Shown one piece after another: positions 58,393 to 64,000 of a DNA stretch of 64,000 nucleotides. How positions within the stretch are numbered: position 1 is the stretch's first letter; every line of letters starts with the position of its first letter. The DNA is taken from positions 32,001-96,000 of the forward strand of contig CAZLEV010000002.1 of NCBI GenBank assembly GCA_964558645.1, in the 5' to 3' direction. Origin of the DNA: an uncultured archaeon (lineage in GTDB: Archaea > Asgardarchaeota > Thorarchaeia > Thorarchaeales > Thorarchaeaceae). The position numbers were made by a program, and so were the translations under genes. The notes beneath the pieces were generated by a model. The model was not told the DNA's origin, made no database searches, and saw only the letters and a list, made by a program, of their open reading frames with translations.

Positions 58393-59529
58393 TCACATCG
58401 TTTCACGAGATAGATTGGTCATGTTCTCTGGCCCGTTTTCTGTGATCAGATACATATCAGATATCTTCACAGCACCCTCGTCAGAGTCAGCACACATGGG
58501 AGTCAGCGTCAGGACCATTCTTTCCCTGAGAGTGCCTTCAGATTCTGGCATGAGAAACGGAGGTTCAATCAGGTCGAGGCCGATGGAGTTTCCGTAAGGC
58601 TTGTACAGATTCCACGACAATCCGCATTTCTGGAACTCGTCACGGATTGCCATGCCCACTTCTCGCACTGGCGTTCCCGAAACAAGAATATCCTCGAATC
58701 GTGTTGTCAGGCTCAAGATGCCATTGAATGCCGCAGACTGTTCTTCAGAGGGGGATCCTGCATGGACGGTGCGTGCAATCTCTGCGAAGTAACCTAGATG
58801 ACTCACGGTGATATCAATGATCACAAGGTCGTCCTCCTCGATCCGCTGGGCACCGGGTTGAGCAAAGGGATATCTCGCATGTGAGCCCGTGAGTACAGCA
58901 GCTCTGATGCCTCTCAGCTGACCTCCAGCGCCACGCATCGCTGCTTCAATCTCAAGCGAGGCCTCGCTCTCAGTCTTCCCGGCGGTCACAAGCTCAAGAG
59001 CGGTTCTGATCCCAATCTCAGCCACACTGATTGCACGGCGGATAGTGTCTATCTCAGAGGGGTCCTTCACCTGTCTGAGCCTGTATAGAGCCGAAGAGTA
59101 GTCCTTGAACCCAGCACCGGGAAGAGAGCTCTTCAGTAGCTCGAATTCGTCTATGGTGAGCCAGTCGTGTTGAAGGCCGATTATCGACTTGTGTACTCCA
59201 GAGTCGCGTATGGTTTGGACGATACGCTTCCAGAACTGAGGGGTGTATGTTGAATACCAGCGCTCTGTGGTTTCATCCTGAAACGTGAGTACTCTCCCCA
59301 TCACCGACTCCTCGACTAGAAGCTCCTTCTGTAACTCAGAAACAATGAGCCGGGGGTTCTCGTTCTTCACGATGAGGCAGCCCATCGGAAGGTGGTCATG
59401 TGGGCTCTCGTAGCCGGTCATATACTGCACGTCAGACCGCCGCGTCGCTATGATGGCTTCCACTCCTTCGTGATCCATTGACCGATGGACCCGTTCGAGT
59501 CGCTGTGGCGTGAACTGCATTTCATACAT
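58393..59529 (-). CDS. M24 (Xaa-Pro peptidase/creatinase-like) family protein with degenerate metal ligands
   Basis: Creatinase_N region (YMTGY), LRQVKDPSEI, pita-bread domain. Confidence 0.8.
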   Translation of the reverse strand: MYEMQFTPQRLERVHRSMDHEGVEAIIATRRSDVQYMTGYESPHDHLPMGCLIVKNENPRLIVSELQKELLVEESVMGRVLTFQDETTERWYSTYTPQFWKRIVQTIRDSGVHKSIIGLQHDWLTIDEFELLKSSLPGAGFKDYSSALYRLRQVKDPSEIDTIRRAISVAEIGIRTALELVTAGKTESEASLEIEAAMRGAGGQLRGIRAAVLTGSHARYPFAQPGAQRIEEDDLVIIDITVSHLGYFAEIARTVHAGSPSEEQSAAFNGILSLTTRFEDILVSGTPVREVGMAIRDEFQKCGLSWNLYKPYGNSIGLDLIEPPFLMPESEGTLRERMVLTLTPMCADSDEGAVKISDMYLITENGPENMTNLSRETM

Positions 59530-59638
59530 TCCTCAGGCACTTGCACATCTAGGATGTGTAATCCATCGCAACTGACCGTTCGACATTGTCAGGCATTTAA
59601 GCTTCTCGCATGCGTCATGGAAAAAGTGCTCTCGGAGA

Positions 59639-59664
59639 AGATGGCGGGACCGCCCCGATTTGAA
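59639..59664 (-). repeat. tRNA 3'-end fragment (att-like direct repeat), copy 1
   Basis: Minus strand TTCAAATCGGGGCGGTCCCGCCATCT: T-loop, 3' T-stem, acceptor strand, G, CCA. Confidence 0.8.
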
Positions 59665-59775
59665 AAGAATCGCAGGACCATATATCGGCGAGATTGGGGA
59701 GATGTTGAGTATTCAACCTTCTCGCTCATGTCGAAGTTCCTTCGGTTAGGGTATCTCGACAAGGTCTCTTATCGA

Positions 59776-60306
59776 TCATTCGAGCTCGTCTGACAACTCA
59801 GACTGGGGTATCAAGTAATACCATTTGATGGGTTCCCCACTGCCAGAGCCGTAGAAGGTTGAAACCTTACCCTCGATTCTTGACACATACTCCTCTTCAA
59901 ACCCGAGGTTCTCTAGCTCCGATAGAAGGTCGGCCTCGGTCATGCAACCCAGACCCTCTTCGGTTTCCTGCCCTCTCAGTAGTCTGATGACTGCCTTCTT
60001 TCTGTCTGGCAGATTGCGAAGGCTCTCAGATTCCTTCTCGGTCAGCAAGCGGAGAGACCATGTTTCTTCGTCGATAGGCTCGCCATCCTCGTTCCGTGGG
60101 CTATCGATCGTCTTCTCGACCAGCCACTGGTCTAGCGCATATTCGATTGCATGAGAGGCCAACTCCGAATCATCGATCGATAGGTCGTCGCGTATGCGCT
60201 TCTCTAGTTCCTGCCTTGTCCAGTCGACAGGTGCACCACGGCTCCCAGCATCTCGTAGTATGTCCAGTAGGACGGCGACTGCTTTGTCTGTCATCACACT
60301 CATCAA
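59776..60306 (-). CDS. hypothetical acidic protein, possibly winged-helix
   Basis: 176-aa ORF with GGAG RBS; inside a repeat-bounded segment. Confidence 0.6.
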   Translation of the reverse strand: MMSVMTDKAVAVLLDILRDAGSRGAPVDWTRQELEKRIRDDLSIDDSELASHAIEYALDQWLVEKTIDSPRNEDGEPIDEETWSLRLLTEKESESLRNLPDRKKAVIRLLRGQETEEGLGCMTEADLLSELENLGFEEEYVSRIEGKVSTFYGSGSGEPIKWYYLIPQSELSDELE

Positions 60307-60575
60307 TTACTCCGCCCAATTCGATTTCAACTCCCTGCTTCGGAGGAGGAGGGACTGAGAATTAGATGTGGTTTGACCAGCCACCTTTTCTGTTTTTGCT
60401 CGCGAAACTCTTCTTGCAGAAACAAGCCATTCATCCAATTCACTTATTGCTTCAGGACTCTGCTTCGACTGGGGTAGTCCGTGAAGCCTGCTTAGATTAT
60501 TCGAGTCCAGAAGACAGGTCTGAATTATCGTAACATTGAAGACTGGCCGGTCACCTGTTCACATGGTGAGTAGGT

Positions 60576-61235
60576 GTGATGGTAATTGAGAGGTTGGTTG
60601 TGCACAGACTGCTTCAGGCAGTACCGCCCAGAGAGGCGCCAACCATAGAATTCCCATCCGAATGGATTCTCCTCACCGCATTTGTTTCTCTGTTGTGTAT
60701 CGCCTTCATCGTGCAAAAAGTGATCTCTCAACAAAGAGAAAGAGAGGGTCAAGGAATCCCAACCACGTTTGCGAAATACCTCGACGTCACCTCAGTGTTT
60801 CTGATAATGACCCTCTTGGGCACGCTGGCCCCGTATGGAATATCTTACCGAGGTTATACAGATTACTCGACCACGGAGTTCTTCTTCAGTCTGCAGCTAG
60901 TTTCTTTCCTCTGGTTTCTCTGGTTTGGAACAGATTCTTGGGGGTTCTACCTGCTTTCTTTGCCGAACCTTGCATGGTCACTAACCTTGCTGACATTCTA
61001 CCTCATCTACGTGTATGAGGTGATTGAGTATTGTCAGGGCCAAACAGGCTGGATGAGAGTGGTCTTGACATGGCTAGTCAGTCAACTGCCCGTTCTGATT
61101 ATGCTCATCCCTAACTATCTGGCAGGATTGTTCCTCAGGGAGCTCTTCTATGAGGGGCCCACGTTCATCACCATTGTAGTGGGGCTGATCATAATGAGAA
61201 TCGCAAACCCAAAACCATCAAGAGAGCCTTGGTGA
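60576..61235 (+). CDS. hypothetical membrane protein
   Basis: 219 aa, about 5-6 TMs. Confidence 0.6.
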   Translation: MMVIERLVVHRLLQAVPPREAPTIEFPSEWILLTAFVSLLCIAFIVQKVISQQREREGQGIPTTFAKYLDVTSVFLIMTLLGTLAPYGISYRGYTDYSTTEFFFSLQLVSFLWFLWFGTDSWGFYLLSLPNLAWSLTLLTFYLIYVYEVIEYCQGQTGWMRVVLTWLVSQLPVLIMLIPNYLAGLFLRELFYEGPTFITIVVGLIIMRIANPKPSREPW

Positions 61236-61382
61236 CTAGAACTGAGATCTGCGGATTTCTTCATTTGTGTGGGATGGGTGGCGGACTTATCGGGTCCTCA
61301 GTTGAATCACCCTTCCTGCCATTTTTCATTGCAGATCGGTGCAAGTCTTGGGCATCCTACGCTTCAAGGTGCGGCGAGGTAT

Positions 61383-61408
61383 AGATGGCGGGACCGCCCC
61401 GATTTGAA
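61383..61408 (-). repeat. tRNA 3'-end fragment (att-like direct repeat), copy 2
   Basis: 26/26 identical to 59639-59664. Confidence 0.8.
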
Positions 61409-61486
61409 CTATTATGATATACCTCGACTAGGTTTTTATAGCACCGAACGTTCTTCCACACCTTGTGGAATGGAGGCTGAAGACGA

Positions 61487-63514
61487 TTGGCACTCGTTTC
61501 TGTTGCACCGACGGAGAAGACAGAAAACCTCGTATACCTGCTATTTCCCACCGCGGTTGCTCTATATCTAGCAACCACGTGGACATCTCATGTTGCAGCA
61601 TGGCCTCTATTGATTGGAATTGTTGCACCCCTAGGTGGCATCGTCCTCTATGAAATTCCAATTGATCTATGGGTCGCCAAGGAGTTCTACCGGAAACGAA
61701 TCAGAAAGGGAGAATGGTCAAGCACTAACGGAGCGGAGCCGAAGGTGCTTCTTAGGCTCAGGAAGGACATGGCAAAGGCATATCTGATACTAAGAGCATA
61801 TGAAAACACTGTCACATTTCCCGGATTACCATCGAATGTTGATGACGTGCACATACGCGATACCGATGTCCAGCTTCAGGATACTGTTTCTAGCCACTAC
61901 GTCCACCGCAGGCTCTGGGAAGTTCGTGCCACCATCTGGATATTGGTTTCTACACCCTTTCTGATTTTCACGCTTGGTCCACTTGCATTGAGAGTCAATG
62001 TGGTTCCCTCCAGCTTAGTCATGGTTGGAACTCCCGCATCTGCTGCATTTCTAGCAGTGTTAATCCTTGTCTTCGACTGGAACCGGAAGAAGAACAAGTT
62101 CCGCAATGATCTAAGGTACATAGTATTCGGCCTGTTCTTGCTCTATATCTCATTCTGTATAGTCTTTTTTCCTCCCAGCTGGAACCAGACAAACCTGATT
62201 CTGACTTCTCTTACCGCTACAACCATAGTCGCCATTCTATATGCGAATATACGACGGAACCACCACCTCGTAAGACACATAGAGCTTCTCATCACCTACT
62301 ACTACTGGCAAAGGCACATAGCAATATGGTCGGGAGCAAAAGTAGAGGAAGCGGACGCTCATAGGAGTGCGATTCGCAGGGAACTTGACAACCTGCAGAC
62401 TCTACTCAACCGCAATGACACATCCGTGTTCGCTTCTCGATGGAGGGATATGCATCAAAGCATGATTCGCCGGTTTGAGGATGAATTCCCGGAGTATCTG
62501 AGAAAACACGCATTCCAGAAATGGATGAGAGTTCTCCATCTTCATGGTAATGGGGAGAATGCATCAGACGAGAGAAACCAACTGGGTTGGATGCTCTTCT
62601 ATATGTGGCATACCGAGATGAGTCCCTGCGATAAGGATGAAACTGCCCAGAAAATCATGCTACATCTCATGACCGAGTTCTATGAGAATGGCGAATTGAG
62701 AGATCTTGATGCCTCAGGAGTGTTAGAGCTCTTGCCAGATGAGAGTCTCGCTCCAGATGAGAAACGGAAGGCTAACCCATCAGATCTATTGCCTGCAATC
62801 GGAATTGCGTTTGCTGGAAAGCCCATTCCGAACGCCTCGGAACTCGCCAGAACCATGGTCAACGATTTCGGTCGATGCAGTGATATTGGGTTTGATAGGA
62901 CTCAAGTTGCCAGCTTCCTAGTACGATACGCAACTATGGTATTCCAAGCAGACCCCGCCAAGAGGAAGTACATCTTCACCAATACAGAATGTAGTCGTTT
63001 CAGAGAGATCTTTGACAAGGCGCAGGACCATCCGAATAGACTCTACTTGCTCATAGATTTCGTCGAAAGCAGTGACTCCGAGCAGAAGACCACACTACTT
63101 CGGGAATCAATGGCTGCACTTGCGGAGTCGAGTCCGAGAATATGGATGCAATTCCTTGCTTTGCGAGAGGGGGGGAATCTTACTCAAAGACTGAAAGAAG
63201 AGTTGGTCAAAGCTCACTTCTCACGGGAATCTTACCTGTTTGGTAAAGCCGAGGATTCCGAGGAGAGATTCAAGCTCGTTGCAAGAATGATGGCAGTGTT
63301 CCTTGATTGGGGTTTGGTGGGAAGATGTAACGAGATAGAACGGCTGATACTTCAAAAGCTCGCCAGCCTTCACTCAGAAGCACAAGGAATTCTCAGGGAA
63401 AAATGGGGACGTAAAGATAGGCAACGAGAGAGAGAAAGGCTCGTGGCTGAGCTCAGAGAGTTGGCAGGGGAGAAGTATGTTCATCTTTTTAGATCAGAGT
63501 CTGGAGAAGCGTGA
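61487..63514 (+). CDS. hypothetical protein: N-terminal TMs and large helical C-terminal domain
   Basis: 675-aa ORF with GGAGG upstream; about 6 TMs in the first 260 aa. Confidence 0.65.
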   Translation: MALVSVAPTEKTENLVYLLFPTAVALYLATTWTSHVAAWPLLIGIVAPLGGIVLYEIPIDLWVAKEFYRKRIRKGEWSSTNGAEPKVLLRLRKDMAKAYLILRAYENTVTFPGLPSNVDDVHIRDTDVQLQDTVSSHYVHRRLWEVRATIWILVSTPFLIFTLGPLALRVNVVPSSLVMVGTPASAAFLAVLILVFDWNRKKNKFRNDLRYIVFGLFLLYISFCIVFFPPSWNQTNLILTSLTATTIVAILYANIRRNHHLVRHIELLITYYYWQRHIAIWSGAKVEEADAHRSAIRRELDNLQTLLNRNDTSVFASRWRDMHQSMIRRFEDEFPEYLRKHAFQKWMRVLHLHGNGENASDERNQLGWMLFYMWHTEMSPCDKDETAQKIMLHLMTEFYENGELRDLDASGVLELLPDESLAPDEKRKANPSDLLPAIGIAFAGKPIPNASELARTMVNDFGRCSDIGFDRTQVASFLVRYATMVFQADPAKRKYIFTNTECSRFREIFDKAQDHPNRLYLLIDFVESSDSEQKTTLLRESMAALAESSPRIWMQFLALREGGNLTQRLKEELVKAHFSRESYLFGKAEDSEERFKLVARMMAVFLDWGLVGRCNEIERLILQKLASLHSEAQGILREKWGRKDRQRERERLVAELRELAGEKYVHLFRSESGEA

Positions 63515-63828
63515 TGACTAGTGGTGTCAATAGGCTTCGGGTTCTCCAAAGGTTGATTTGACTCCAGGGTCTTTCCGCTTTGCACCGCTTTCAATCAAAC
63601 AGTCGGAAGATTGGCAGTGTATTGTCGGCTTCAAGTTTCGAAGGAGTCTTTCGCGTTTCTCTGTGCGAAGTCTTGTGGCTTCAGCCTTCATCTACTATGT
63701 AGCTCCGGCCCCGAGGTTGAGAGTAGAGAGCAGAGAGGCGGTTGAACCAGAAGAAAGCTGAAAACTGAAGTGGCCTAATTTGTGTGTGATTCGGCCGTTT
63801 CTTGGCCAAACCAATATTATAGCAAGGT

Positions 63829-63854
63829 AGACGGCGGGACCGGCCGGATTTGGA
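63829..63854 (-). repeat. degenerate tRNA 3'-end fragment, copy 3
   Basis: AGACGGCGGGACCGGCCGGATTTGGA, 22/26 identical to copies 1 and 2. Confidence 0.65.
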
Positions 63855-64000
63855 CGTCCAGAGAACAATTCAGTATGCATCTGCAGACTGTAAAACGCGA
63901 CCACTATGGCACATGCACCCTAACATAAACGCTGGAAGCATCTAGGGAAGATTCAAGAGGTAGGTATTCTTCTTACAATACTCGTAGTCGATATCCATTC

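Noticed and set aside
59639-63854. CRISPR array or intact tRNA genes at the 26-bp repeats
   Set aside because: Spacing is 1.7-2.4 kb with genes between, and no cas genes are present; no copy extends into a 5' T-stem, anticodon arm or D arm
63942-64000. Possible 3' end of a minus-strand CDS (MDIDYEYCKKNTYLLNLP*)
   Set aside because: Too short at the window edge to support

Overview
64 kb of an archaeal chromosome, almost certainly from an Asgard archaeon. Thorarchaeia is a likely but inferred assignment, based on the ESCRT locus, longin and Yip1 proteins, PolB1 and DGGGP synthase. Most of the window is gene-dense core chromosome: mfnA, hypB, tfb, argS, tldD/pmbA, aspS, nurA-herA-mre11-rad50, archaeosine genes (arcS, RaSEA), an Hrq1/YprA-type helicase and two thioredoxins. 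Highlights: (1) A five-gene ESCRT locus (17.3-22.3 kb) with apparently reshuffled domains. A Vps28-N-like region is fused to a Vps22/EAP30 winged-helix tandem, and a Zn-finger/coiled-coil/GLUE(PH)-like protein ends in a Vps23/37 steadiness-box-like motif; these sit beside Snf7, Vps4 and Vps25. (2) A 441-aa LAGLIDADG intein in PolB1 motif B, one residue off the classical pol-b site. (3) Three direct copies of a 26-bp tRNA 3'-end fragment (59639, 61383, 63829) delimiting small integrase-less accessory segments. (4) A cytosolic multi-beta-sandwich protein whose N-terminus resembles a mu-homology domain. (5) Several enzyme folds with lost metal ligands. All family calls come from motifs recognised by eye; no searches were run.
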